Under the pieces are notes generated by a model. The model worked only from the letters and a program-made list of their open reading frames with translations. It was not told the origin of the DNA and searched no databases. Shown one piece after another: positions 51,610-64,000 of a stretch of 64,000 nt of DNA. Source of the stretch: Felis catus (Eukaryota); the NCBI RefSeq assembly GCF_018350175.1, contig NC_058368.1, forward strand, positions 95,668,001-95,732,000, in the 5' to 3' direction. The translations under genes were made by a program, and so were the position numbers. Within the stretch, counting starts at the first letter, position 1. Every line of letters begins with the position of its first letter.

Positions 51610-51886
51610 ATCATTATGTTTATTTCAAAGAGTGAGAATGTGAGTGGGGAAGAGGGGCAGAGGGAAGGAGAGAATCTATTTAATTTTTTTTTAAGTTTAT
51701 CTATTTATTTTGAGAAAGAGATAGAGTGAGTGGGGAAGGGGCAGAAAGAGAGAAGGAGAGAGAGAATTCCAAGCAGGCTCTGTGCTGTCAGCATGGAGCC
51801 CGATATGGGGCTCAAACTCACAGACCATGAGATTGTGACCTGAGTCAAAGTTGGACGCTCAACCAACTGAGCCACCCAGGGACCCC
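51610..51886 (-). mobile_element. CanSINE plus extra 3' fragment, inside an L2 3' end
   Basis: Two tail/GA segments then a full body; flanks GTAAACTCCATGAAGGCAG..CTAGCCCAGTGTCTGGC are L2-like. Confidence 0.9.
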
Positions 51887-52897
51887 AACATGTATGTTTC
51901 TATTTTTTAAACCTCAGAGTCTAGCCCAGTGTCTGGCTTAGATGGACTGCTCAGATTTATTGGAAAGTGTGATAAATAAACTCCGTAGGTGTGAGGTTGT
52001 GCTTTTGGCTACTTGCTATTTTTAGGAAGAGTGTCAAAATATCTAAAAAGATGGCTGATGGTGAATGGGAATTGCATTTTGAAAAGCCTATGTTACCCTT
52101 ATCACCTCATGGGGTCACAGCAGCAAACCTTTCTTATCCCAGTAACACTAAACTGAAAGTGAGCTCCAGATGTGTCTGTGAATCTTGAAATTATTAGAGT
52201 TATTTTTTTGGTGTTCATTAAATGGCCACTTCCTTAGGAGCAGCTGATCATCAAGAAGCCAAAAATGTTTGCTCTCCCTACTTTTCAATACATAAATCAG
52301 ATAATTCTAAGGGAATGTCTATGTGTAATGTCTGTTCTTTCTTTCTTTCCGAATTAATTAGAAAAAAAGCTGTGTTTTGGTACAAATGTATGGGGGAGGT
52401 CAGATAGTAAGGCTTTTATCTGAATTAAGTGGGAACGAGCTGTTTGCTTCTTCAAGGGGAATTGAACACTTTAGTCAATTTTGCTTTCAATATTACTAAT
52501 TGCAATCTTCCTTAAAGATCATTCAGGAAAGAACAACAACAATTAAGACCTCCGAAGGGGAAAGCATAATTTTGTCAATTAAGGTATAAAAAATAGTAAA
52601 CATTTTTTTTTTTTTTGAAAGTCGATCTGGTGTCTTAGGAAATATAATCAAGAGGCAGTGGACGTTTCTGCAGGAGAAGAACATGGCCTTAGTTAATGAG
52701 TTATTTCAAAACACTCTCTGGAAACCTATACAGTTAGCAGTCTCAGAACCAGGCTGGGCATTTGTTTTAGTCTTGGTTACATCTCTGGTACCAGTCCCTA
52801 AAAAAGCAGGGAGAGAGAAAGCCATTAAAGGCCAGGATAGTAGAGGTCAATATGGAATCCAGACTAGATCAAAGCGGACCTACAGTTTGATGATAAA

Positions 52898-53108
52898 TTT
52901 TTTTTAATATGTATTTATTTCTGAGACAGAGAGAGACAGAGCATGAGTGGGGGAGGGGCAGAGAGAGAGGGAGACACAGAATCGGAAGCAGGCTCCAGGC
53001 TCTGAGCTGTCAGCCCAGAGCCCGATGCAGGGCTTGAACTCACAGACTGTGAGATCATGACATGAGCCAAAGTCGGACGCTCAACCGACTGAGCCACCCA
53101 GGCGCCCC
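52898..53108 (-). mobile_element. CanSINE
   Basis: TSD TGATGATAAA at 52888-52897 and 53109-53118. Confidence 0.96.
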
Positions 53109-53239
53109 TGATGATAAACGGGACATATTGGTAATGGCTTTTTAAAGAATGTTTCAAACGTTAGGTAGGCATGTTGGTGAGATGGTTATGACATTTTGCA
53201 AATTGTTGTAAGGACTGGACCCAGTTCCATCTAGGCGAC

Positions 53240-53337
53240 TTCCTCCTCCTCCTCCTCCCTCTCCTCCTCCTCCTCCTCCTCTTCTTCTTCTTCCTCTTCC
53301 TCTTCCTCTTCCTCTTCCTCTTCCTCTTCTTCTTCTT
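53240..53337. repeat. (CCT)n/(TCT)n/(TCCTCT)n polypyrimidine microsatellite
   Basis: ~98 bp of only C/T. Confidence 0.95.
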
Positions 53338-55050
53338 TTGTAGAAATGGGCAGGCTAATTTTACAACTTACTAAAAAAACATAAGGAACTAGAACATGTA
53401 AAACAGTCTTGAAAATGCAAAATGAAATTTGAGGACCATCACTACCTAAATCCAAGAGTTACCATGAAGCCACATTACCAAAAGGTAAGGTACTGGCCTG
53501 AGGATGTACAGATAGCTCCATATGTGAGACTAGAGAGCTCAGAAATAGACCCCCATTGATCTGGTCCAGTTTTAATGAAGAGAGCAAAGAAATCCAGTGG
53601 AGAATCTTCTTACCCAATGGTTCTGGAACAACTGGATATGAATAAATGGAGTAAATGGTCCTCAACTCCTACCTCTCTGGCACACACGATTAATTGGGAA
53701 TAGATCATTGACCTATATGAACACACACACACGAACAAACAAACAAACAAAAGCTAGTAGAATATCTTTAGGAATTATGTGTAGGTAAAATTTTTTTGAA
53801 CAGTAATCACAAAAGAAAAATTCAATAAATTAGAATCCATCACAAATGTAAAACTTCTTGCCAAAGTACAAAATTGAGAAAATGGCAACTCAGTCCACAC
53901 ATGGGCAAAACGTCGTGCTGAAAATGACTGGTGTTCAGTGCATGTTAAAAATGCCTATAATTCAGTAACACAAGGCCATACGACCCAATAAAATTGGGCA
54001 AGCGACCAGAACACTTCGCCAAGGAACACGTGCAGATGGCCAAAAAACATGTGAGGACATCGATCTTCATTCATCTTCGGGGAAGTGCAAGTCAAAACCA
54101 TGAGAGACCACTAATTACCATATCCATCAAATGTGTACGACTAAAGACCACACCGCGTATTGGAGAGGATGTGAAGCAAGCAGAATTATGTAGGTTGTTT
54201 GTAGGGGTGTAAAATAATATGACTAGGCAAAACAGTCTGCCAGTAACTTACAAAACTAAATACAGGGGCACCTGGGTGGCTCAGTCGGCTGAGCCTCCAA
54301 CTCTTGACTTCAGCTCGGGTCATGATCTCACAGCTCATGAGTTCGAGCCCTGCATCAGGCTCTGTGCTCCCAGTGAGGAGCAGGCTTAGGATTCTCTCTC
54401 CCTCTCGTTTTCCTTTTCACTCCCACGTGCACATGTGTGGTCTCTCTCTGTCTCCCTCTCTCAAAATAAATAAACTTAAAAAAATTAAAAAAAAAGATAA
54501 GTATACGTGTAGCTTATCATGCAGTTCCGTTCTTCAGTATTTTTCTAAGAGTGATAAGTGCTTGTACCCACAAAACAATTTCTCCAAGAATGTTCACAGC
54601 AGCTGTATTCATAGCCGCCAAAATCAGTAAACAGCTCAGGGCTTCATCAATGGGTGATAAATGCATATCCTGGAACACAGTTCAGCAGTAAAGAAGACTG
54701 AATAGATTCAGGGAAAAATATGGCTGGGTCTCAAAAACATTATGCGTAGAGAAAGCCTTACATAAAAGAGGACATACTGTATAGTTCCATTTATATGAAG
54801 CTTCACTACAAGCAATGCTAATCTTGGTGAGAAAACAGTCAGAATTGTGGTTGTTTCTGGTGCGGGTCAGGGAGTAAAACAGACCGACTTGGAAAAAGGA
54901 TGAGGGAACTTTCTGGGGTGACGGTAATGCTTCCATCTTGAAGCAGTTTGGATTACTTAGTTGTATACATGCATCAAAATGTGCCAAATGATCTATTTAT
55001 AACTGGTGTAAGTAAAGTGTACAAATATTACCTGACACAAACAAAAAAGG
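53338..55050 (+). mobile_element. Ancient L1 (L1MC/ME class) ORF2 3' part + 3' UTR, split by a SINE
   Basis: GKRPEHFAKEHVQMAKKHV remnant; 3' UTR TGAGGGAACTTTCTGGGGTGACGGTAATG. Confidence 0.88.
54265..54496 (+). mobile_element. CanSINE nested in L1
   Basis: GGGGCACCTGGGTGGCTCAG head, A tail. Confidence 0.95.
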
Positions 55051-55876
55051 AAAATGCCCATAAGAGTTTAGCTTTCAGTACAATAGTATTTACCAATCTG
55101 GATGGCGTGGGAGCCTGGGCTGCGTGTCAGTACATCTGTAAACCCTTTGAAATTATATTTAAACTCTGGAAGGGGTTTCAAAGTGTCTGTGACGTTGTCA
55201 AGGGGAACGTCACCCTTTGTGACCTCCCCCCAATTTTTGGAAACAGCTATAGAATTATCCTTCAGATTAATACAGTGCTTTATAAGTACATTTTTATTAC
55301 GAAATAGATACTCCTACATTTCGATGTCTATTCTGCAAGCTAAAAAAGAGCTATTACATAGGATTACATGTGTATACAATCTCGAAGCCCAGTCTATTCA
55401 TAGATACATATGGATAGGTAGTAATGCCCAAAGATTCAAAATTGGGTTGCTCAAGGGCACTATAAAAACAAGGATTAGACTCTGAGGGTAGTAATACTAT
55501 TTGTTCGAATGTTTTCATTAGATTAGATTGCCCCCCCCCCACCAGTGTCCTTTAATTGTCAGTTTTATTTTAAGCTCTGACTCTCATGGTGAGTGCTGAA
55601 TTTCTTTGTTCACGGAAAATCAAGTATGCACATGTACTTCATGCCTTCTGTATTTAGGAAGAACCATTAGGCTGCAATTAGTATTTAGTAATGATTTCCA
55701 GAAATAGTTCCTAATGACTAAAACTTGTTAAAACTTATGATGCTTTATAATTAAGAAAGAATATTAGAGTTGTTAGAACTCTCGCTAACCTCTCCTGCCA
55801 GTTTGCATCCAATTGTGAGTGGTTTCTTCAGACCCACTGATACACTATAATAACTACATTTGAGGATACATAGCTA

Positions 55877-56112
55877 TGTTGTTTTGGTTTTGTTTATTTT
55901 TATTTTTTTCAATGTTTATTTACTTATTTTTGAGAGAGAGTAAGAGTGAGCACAGGGGCAGGGCAGAAAGAGATGAAGAGGAAGAGAGAATCTCAAGCAG
56001 GCTCCATGCTGTCAGCACAGAGCCTAATGTGGGGCTCGATCTAGGGACAGAGAGATGATGACCTGGGCTGAAATCAAGAGTCAAACGCTTAACTGGCTGA
56101 GCCATGCAGGCA
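55877..56112 (-). mobile_element. CanSINE
   Basis: Full body, head-to-head with the next SINE. Confidence 0.93.
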
Positions 56113-56119
56113 GTGCCAG

Positions 56120-56396
56120 AGGGGTGCCTGGGTGGCTCAGTCAACTAAGCATCCAACTCTTGATTTGGGCTCAGGTCATGATCACAGGGTCATGAGATTG
56201 AGCCCCGTGTTTGGCTCTATGCTAAGCATGGAGTCTTCTTCAGATTCTTTCTCTCTCTCTTTCTCTTCTCTCCCCTCTCTCCTCTCCCCTCTTTGCCTCT
56301 CTCCCTGGCTCACGCTTTCTGTCAAAAAAATAAAATAAAATAAAATAAAATAAAATAAAATAAAATAAAATAAAATAAAATAAAATAATAAAATAC
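56120..56396 (+). mobile_element. CanSINE with (TAAAA)n tail
   Basis: GGGGTGCCTGGGTGGCTCAG head. Confidence 0.93.
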
Positions 56397-56409
56397 AATG
56401 CAGGTGCCA

Positions 56410-56525
56410 GTGAGCCCTGGGTAGTGTATATAAGTGATGAATCACTAAATTCTAAACCTGAAACTCATACTACACGGTGTGTTAACTGACTTGAATTTAA
56501 GCAAAAACTTGAAACTAAAAAAAAT
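56410..56525 (+). mobile_element. Severely 5'-truncated carnivore L1 (3' terminus only)
   Basis: GTGATGAATCACTAAATTCTAAACCTGAAACT..GTTAACTGACTTGAATTTAA + A tail; perfect TSD AATGCAGGTGCCA at 56397-56409 and 56526-56538. Confidence 0.9.
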
Positions 56526-57705
56526 AATGCAGGTGCCAAATCTTTTACTTCACATGATCCAAAAAGAAAAAAAAAGACACTCAAACAATTAGAGCCGAAA
56601 GTCTTAATAACTCATTACATCACAAATTATTCTTTCTGTATTTCATAAAATAGATGCTATTTATATATCAAGGGTAATAAAATTGATCTGCTCAGAGGAT
56701 GTAAGAAAAAATACCTGTGCCCATTATTTGAAATGGTTACAAGTGTGAAATAGTTCATTGCAGTAAATTATGTTTAATAATAGCATATGACTGAATATCT
56801 CACCTACAGGTTTGATCAGTGTCCAAATGCTGTATTGCTTTTGATAAAGGGCAAATTTGGGTAGATTCTGTGTTCCATTTCACACTGTATTAACACCATG
56901 ACCATCAATTTCAGTAGAGTGCCATATTTGAACTTAATAGTAACATGATTTTAAAGGTCATCTTTAGCTATGCCCATAAAAATATTACGGAATGAGAACT
57001 GGTTAGACTAAGTGAGATATCTATTTGCTGTTTTAAAAGTAAAACTTTGAATCATGTAAAAATACATGACCCTATTTCTCTTCTGTTTTGTGACCAGCTC
57101 AATCACTTGCTCATGAAAATTAAATTGCCCTCAACAATTAATCTATAGAAAGGTTGTTAAGTGGGTTGCATAGGAGTGATTCGTTTGTTGTTGTTAATAG
57201 TGAAATACTTCAGCGTAGTACCTTCACAGAGAGGTGTGGCTACTGGAGTAAAAGTCCCCAGGCAGTGAATCTAATTAACGGTCCCTGGGTTTCCCATGGT
57301 GACAGACTCCCTGATTCTATGTCTGTCCTGGCCTCCTCTTGCAGTTTCTCACTGCTCCATGAAAAATTCTTATCATGCCTGTCATGATGAACACTTACCC
57401 TTACCAATGATCCCTGTGGGTCTCTAATGTAAGATCTTCTCCCAGCATTCAAGGTCTTCCCTGATAGTTGCCATAGTTTAGTGCCTAGAAATGTGTTAAG
57501 TAGTTTGCAAAGTAGAAAATGCGGATTAGTTAACCTACAGAGTATCATATGTATGGTTTACACTCAGGCATAGGAAACCAATGGACTCTTTGACAATGGT
57601 GCTTCTGCTAGCGATGATAATGTGACCCATGCACACTGAGGCGAGAATCACTTGAACTGGGGTCTGTGAAGTTAGTTACAAACACCACTTCCCATGAGAA
57701 AAATT

Positions 57706-57808
57706 ATATATATATATATATACATATATATATGTATGTATGTATGTATATATGTATATATATATGTGTATATATATGTATATATATGTGTATATATATA
57801 TATATATA
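57706..57808. repeat. (TA)n/(TATG)n compound microsatellite
   Basis: Direct inspection. Confidence 0.92.
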
Positions 57809-59009
57809 TTTTAAGATGTATTGAGGTATCCTGGTAATAACATAAATCAGCAACACGCACTTCTTTAAAATCTATAGTTTTCAGAAGGAGGCAGTTAATT
57901 TCTAGCTTCAGTTACTCATTATATCTTTCTAATAGGGTCACATTAGCACATTGTAGATGTACTTTAGACAGAAGGGAGACAGCTGGAATTCTTAAAGACT
58001 TTTTTGTCATTTGTTAATGTTTCCTTTTGTTGGAGATTAATAGGTAGTTTAGGAGTCTATACCCAGCAGTTTCAAAGGGATCAATGGGATGCATGCATTT
58101 CAGCAGCCGAAGAATGGGAAAAACGAACATTTCTACATAACATTCTCTTGCTATAATGAAACTCAGAATGCCTCTGTAATCAATTATCAGCCTAAAAATT
58201 TTCACACTCTTTGGCAAACTTGTTTCTCTTTTTTTTTTTTATCTTGTGATTGGATATATTTTAATATAATTGGCCTTTGTATCTACTGTAGTTCTAGTAA
58301 CACTGTGCCCAGATGCCATCTGGAGAAAATGCCTAATTGTGTCCTACCCCTCCATTTCCACCTAGTTTCTTCCCTTTAAATTAGGTCTGGGATAGAGTGG
58401 GGAGATGTTCAGATAAATCTGTGTTCACGATTTGGACAGTAACTTTGTTGGCATGAGTTAATTCATCATGCTCTCATTTGGGGAGGGCTAGAGATATGCA
58501 CTATAAGGATGGAAAATAGGACAGGTAAGTTTGACTGTTAGGGTAACCCGTCTACTTGGAACCACTCTCATCATGAGAAGACAAGTCTGTGGTAGCAGCT
58601 AGAGGAAGGAAAGCTCCAGGCAAGATGTCAGAGTCGGGCTTTATTCATTTGTTTTCTGTCTCATTATGAGCATGTGTGTTTATGTGCAGGTAGTGTGGGG
58701 AAGGGGTGGCGTGAGATGAGTAGGCTATAGACAGGTAGCTTAACCTGAACTTGTTAGTTAAAAGCAAGGTCAAAATTGAAAAGCATTTAATCATAAATAG
58801 TAGCATGGCCGGACGCACAAATCATGGCCTTTGTTAATGTATTCATTTTATTTTAATTTACACAATTTCTCTTGAATACTCAGCTCATACATTTGGTATG
58901 TAATCGTAATCAAAAGATGAAAAAAACATCTCTTCTTGAAGACTTCACCAGGGAAGATAAGAGTTGGAACATTTCTTTCTCTTGTATGACCTTACGGTGA
59001 TGTCATCAT

Positions 59010-59810
59010 AGCAGTGCACGGAATGGGTATCAGTTTTAAACTGGAGACTTGAGAGATCATTCTTAAAGAGTTGATTACTGATGATCTTAAGCCCAGAGGA
59101 AATAACATAAGTGAAAAGTATGCATGTCCCATTGAAGGAGCTAGAAATGGCACAGAGAGCTGCCGAGTGGGAGAGAAATGGACTAAGAGGTATAACTCGA
59201 GTTCCATCCATGGCTGGACCATTTGGAGGTTTGGATGTCCTACTGAAAATTGATACCCTAAAGTTGAGGTCACTGACAGAGGAAATTAATATCACTATGG
59301 CCAGATTGGCATTTATTTTTATTTTTTATTTTATTTTATTTTATTTTATTTTATTTTATTTTATTTTATTTTATTTTATTTTATTTTATTTTATTTTAAA
59401 GAACTTATTTTTAAGTAATCTCTACAACTAATGTAATACTCCAACTTAGAGCCCCAAGATCAAGAGTTACATGCTCAACCAACTGGGCCACCCAGGCACT
59501 GCCCCCCTTCCCCAGATTTGGATTTTAGAATGATCCCTCTAGCTGTAAGATACAGAAGGCATTGAATAGGGACAGGACTGGAGACTGGCGGCCAGTTAGA
59601 AACTTGTTTTCATAATCTAAGGAAGGTCTGTGTGAACAGGAACAGTGATAAAGGTAACAGAGTGAATTCAAGGAATATTAATGCAGTAGAATTGATAGCA
59701 GTTGTTAATTAATTGGATGCGAAGGACAAGCCACAGAGGGAAGTAAAGCATAATGCTTGGATTTCTCTCTTGGATATGGTACTAGTTACTGACACTGGGA
59801 GTATAGGCGG
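59010..59810 (-). mobile_element. L2 fragment split by a SINE
   Basis: CCAGATTGGCATTT // TTTTAGAATGATCCCTCTAGCTG..CCAGTTAGAAAC..GTAGAATTGATAG..ATTGGATG antisense L2 motifs. Confidence 0.65.
59311..59500 (-). mobile_element. Short old CanSINE with (TAAAA)n tail
   Basis: AAGTAATCTCTACA..CCCCAAGATCAAGAGTTACATGCTC..GCCACCCAGGCAC. Confidence 0.85.
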
Positions 59811-60154
59811 CGTCGGGTGGGGCTTGGAAAAGATGGCACTCTACTCTGGTAGAATACATCCTAAAGAATTCTGGGAAAACAGCCTGACAAAAGTCAGTTT
59901 GTCAAAAACGGAAGTCTAATTCTTTGAAGAGATTCATTTAAGAGGATAATAAAAATGCCAAAAAAAGTCTAGGAAAACATTTTACAGATGGCTCCTGTCC
60001 CACATGTATACTCTATTGTCTTTCTACCATTACTCCTTTTCTGTCACAAGACAGAATTACAGAAGGACATAGAGAGAGGAGGGCAGGACATAGAAAAATG
60101 GGCAGCCATCTAGTGAAAGGAAGGTAGTAGTTGTCTGGCTCTTGAGAGCTGTCC

Positions 60155-60341
60155 TTTTTTTTTGTTAATGTTTATTTATTTTTGAGAGAGAGAGTGTGAG
60201 CAGAGGAGGAGCAGAGAGAGAGGTAGACACAGAATCCGAAGCTGTCAGCGCAGAGCTCAACGCAGGGCTCGAAATCATGAACCACAAGATCATCACATGA
60301 CCCGATATGGGACCCTCAACTGAGCCACCCCAAGGACCCCC
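60155..60341 (-). mobile_element. CanSINE
   Basis: TSD TGAGAGCTGTC / TGAGAGCTATC. Confidence 0.92.
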
Positions 60342-61982
60342 TGAGAGCTATCTTCTACTCTAAACGGTGAACGTTTACTTTATGGACTTGGCTAATTTGA
60401 CCTTTCCAGGTTGATTTTGTCTCTAAATCATTGTCGGCCAAGTTGATTTGTAATCTAGAATCTGTGGATTCTTCTAGCTCTACCATTTTCTTATAATGGG
60501 AAGGAAGGGTAGAATAAGTACAAAAGGCTAAGGGAAGCAGGGAACCGGCAAAGAAGGACTCAGCTAGGGCTGTGCTGTGTACTTCCAATACTTTAAAAGA
60601 GAACAAATGCAATAACCATTTAATCATAATTCGGCCTAATAAGTCGGTTAAGCGGGAGAGAATTTGGGCATTGGCAACACGGTGATGGGGCTGGTGGCGG
60701 AAGTGAGGATGATGCTGCATAATGATTGGGACTCCTGCATTTTGCTTGCACATGTCATGATCAGAGAAAGTGAGGGTCAGATTCTGTAGAATGATTCATT
60801 CCTTCTGGGTGCTAGTGACAGTCTGGTAGATTGGGGGGAAACACCTTGAATCTCTTAGTAATTTCTCATCATCTAAGATACACATTTGCTATGATTTAGA
60901 TTTTACCAGATGACCCAAACCAGCATAATTTTGTGTTTCAATGAGATTTTTTTTAATGCTCCAATAGAAAGAAGAGTCTGTGTACGTAGACTGCTACCCT
61001 AGCTGCAACCATGTTGTGTGCAGTCTAATTAGTGCAATCAAGGAAAGGGTGAGAAGATACACCCTCTTTTTGGTCATGACGCTACACAGAGATTGGACGC
61101 CCTGCTTCCACACTGTTATCCCTTCTACCCTCTGTTGGCCAAAACTTAGTTACATGGCAACCGGAGACTCTAAAGGAGCTCAGGCCATACAGTTTTTATT
61201 GGAGTGGTCACACGCCTGCTAAAGTTTTGGCATTCTATTTTTAAAGGAAAAAGAGGAGAAAGAAAGTAGAAACAACTGGCAGTCTCTGCCATAGGAGTGA
61301 AGACAGTTCTCCGAAATACTCAGGCAGGGCTGGATGTCTTTAAGTTGTATTGGGACCACTGGCTGTATCTGTATGTATATATGGCCAATTAAGCATAATT
61401 CTTGCTTAAAGTTCTTTTAGAATTATTTTTTCTCAAGGTTATCAGTGTGATAAGTATGATTTTAATTAAAGATAAAGTTTTAAAGCAACAAAGAGAATTG
61501 ATTGATGATAAACAAGAAAAAGAAGCCCTATTGTTACCAAGTTTTTCCATTAAAATACTATTTAAAGTTTTATACTGTTCCTGCGGACCTTACAGAGTAT
61601 AGTCTGTTAATACCTATGTTTGACTTTCAGGTTTTATAAATCCTGAATTCTTTGCACAAAGCAAACTCAACTATGCAAACTATTACCCTCAATATAACCC
61701 TCCTTTCCAGAATAAAATCTTGGTAACAAAATATTAATCATTTCTAAGTTAAGATGTTTATTCAATTCCTAGGTATTATCCATGCTTTCTATATTAATAC
61801 AGAAATAGATATGCCAACTTGTACAAATGTTAGTCATGATTGTTCTTGCTTGATTTTCCTGATTAATTATATTTTTACATATATATTTATCTATATATAT
61901 TAGATTGCATATATTTTTATATGTGTATACATTACATATATCTTCTATATTATACAATATACAATTACATTATACACTGCAT

Positions 61983-61984
<2 letters not shown>

Positions 61985-62023
<39 letters not shown>

Positions 62024-62060
62024 ATGGATAGATAGATAGATAGATAGATAGATACATAGA
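61985..62060. repeat. (TG)n(GATA)n compound microsatellite
   Basis: Direct inspection. Confidence 0.95.
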
Positions 62061-62109
62061 TGTTAAATGAGTAAGATTTCCTGATTCTGTTACGGTTTTC
62101 TTGTTAATT

Positions 62110-62329
62110 AAAAAAAAATTTTAACATTTATTTACTTTCAAGAGAGCGAAAGAGAGACAGAGTCTGAGCAGGGAAGGGACAGAAGGAGAAGGAGACACAG
62201 AATTGGAAGCGGGCTCCAGGCTCCACACGGTCAGCACAGAACCCGACGCGGGGCTCGAACTCATGGACTGAGAGATCATGACTTGAGCCGAAGCGGGACG
62301 CTCACCTGACAGAGCCAGCCAGGCAGCCC
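62110..62329 (-). mobile_element. CanSINE
   Basis: Full body; TTGTTAATT on both flanks. Confidence 0.95.
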
Positions 62330-63839
62330 TCTTGTTGTTAATTTTAATACCAGTACCTTAACTAAACAGTGATGATGGAGGTTTAAAAGCTATTCTACTG
62401 GGCCACTGGCTCTGAAATAAGTTGATAGCATTAAATTTCCTTTGCAAAGAAATCATTTTTCTTTAAGGGGGACTGTGGACGAGGCCCTGACCTGGATTAT
62501 TTTTGCATTTCTTTGTTTTCCATCTGGACTTCGGCAAAGAAAGTTGGGTGAGCTCAACGTTCCACGTCTCTCCTGCATTTTTACAGCCTCTGATCCAGCC
62601 CTGGCTGTAAAACTGTTGAGAAGGTATTTATCTTTTTTTCCAAAGGTGCTGCCCAGATCCTGGGAAACAAATAGCCTTAAGCTGCAAGAAGTTAAAAAGG
62701 AAGTCAAAGAAAAGAACTAATGAAATAATTGGTAGCCATAAGCAAATGGCCCTCGAAAGATTATCCAGCCAGAGCCTAGATTTGGAGAGCTCTGTTCCAG
62801 CACGGTTGTGTTGATACTGGCTCTTAGTCCTGATCCTTTTATTGGAAAGCTTGATGATGCACCCAGATGACCGATTCTCTTTTACTTGAGCTAATACAGA
62901 GTCTTCTTTCTGGAAGATCATTTCCTTTGGATTGCCATATGCCACCCGGAATTTTTCCAGCATGCTCATGGTTCTAATTCTCTAACAGAGTGTTCTCTCC
63001 TGCTCTGGCCAGTTTATATTACAGACACTGTAATGGCACCAAACTCTTGAACCCATGAAAGGACTAGACCCATGTCAGAAAAATAGAACATGTAGTGTAA
63101 GAAAAATGCATTCATTCCCAAAGCTATGGAACGGCAAAGGTAGGTCTAGAGGCAATTCGTAGCACCATTAAAAGTTGACAGAAAAAGTGATAGCAGCTTG
63201 GGCTTACATGCACCCCAGCCCTGATCTCAAATGGATTTACCTGATTCCGGCTAATTGAATGTGAACAACAAAGCAGGAGTTGAGGTACTGAGGGGAAAAA
63301 AAAAATCTTATCAGTGGTTGTAACTGTTCTAAGCAAGGAAATGCAATTTCCTGATTGTGGAGAAAGAGCCTGTGTAAATCTTGGTGACGTACTTTATATC
63401 CCTGCTAATGAAATGTGTTTTAGTGATCTAAGTGCTGTGATCCTGGTCTTGGCCACAGTGCTCTTGCTGCTATGTTTCAGAAGTCTGTTGGTGAAGAATG
63501 TCAAGTAGTTTTCAAAAAGTTAAACTTGGCTAGCTCGTGGGTGTTTTCTCTGTAGAAAATGTTGGAGAGAGTAGGGTGTTTGGTCTCAAGAGTGCTGGCT
63601 TAATGGAGGGGACTGTTCTGGAAGGGCAAAGGCGCTGGCTCCATTGGCCATTGAATTAAGGACCAAAAATGATAAGGATTCAAAAGGAATTGAATCAGTA
63701 TAGAAGCAGTCAATCACAAGGGCAGTATAATACCATGGAGGCTCTTACACACCAGGGTTTGATAGCTACGTTGCCATTGTTATAGTTGGAAACTTTCCCA
63801 CCCCCACAATGCTCATTTTCTCTTTATTTAAACTGCTTA

Positions 63840-64000
63840 TTTTAAAATTAAAAAAAAAAATAATGTTTATTTTTGAGAGAGAGAATGTGAGAGGTGGGGG
63901 GCGGGGGGTGCAGAGGATCTGAAGCAGGCTCCGTGCTGACCGCAGAGAGCCTGATGCGGGGCTAGAACTCAAGAACTGGGAGATCATGATCTGAACCGAA
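63840..64000 (-). mobile_element. CanSINE (cut by window end)
   Basis: Tail plus GGATCTGAAGCAGGCTCCGTGCTGAC..GAGATCATGATCTGAACCGAA. Confidence 0.92.

Noticed and set aside
53231..53455. Poly-Glu ORF
   Set aside because: Translation of a GAG/GAA microsatellite abutting antisense L1.
1..64000. tRNA genes, CRISPR arrays or prokaryote-type systems
   Set aside because: tRNA-like A/B boxes all belong to SINE heads; no regularly spaced repeat-spacer array; the sequence is mammalian.

Overview
Mammalian genomic DNA, almost certainly from a felid: about 40 carnivore tRNA-derived SINEs are present, including near-pristine SINEC_Fc-type copies. I could not support any host protein-coding exon or RNA gene. 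The supplied ORFs are SINE, L1 or microsatellite read-throughs, decayed ERV frames, or chance, so the window looks intergenic or deep-intronic. The main hidden structure is an ancient minus-strand ERV-L (LTR16-type) provirus at ~4.7-12.8 kb. It retains both LTRs, a Leu-tRNA-like PBS and degraded gag, protease, RNase H C-terminus, integrase and dUTPase, but has no reverse transcriptase region. It is split by two old L1 fragments and two SINEs. Also notable: a ~81%-identical duplicated 'unique sequence + half-SINE' cassette (19.0 and 21.1 kb, the second copy inside a MIR), nested insertion clusters, a SINE strand skew and purine-rich microsatellites. Repeat family names come from my recollection of consensus sequences, not a database search, and boundaries of old elements are approximate.
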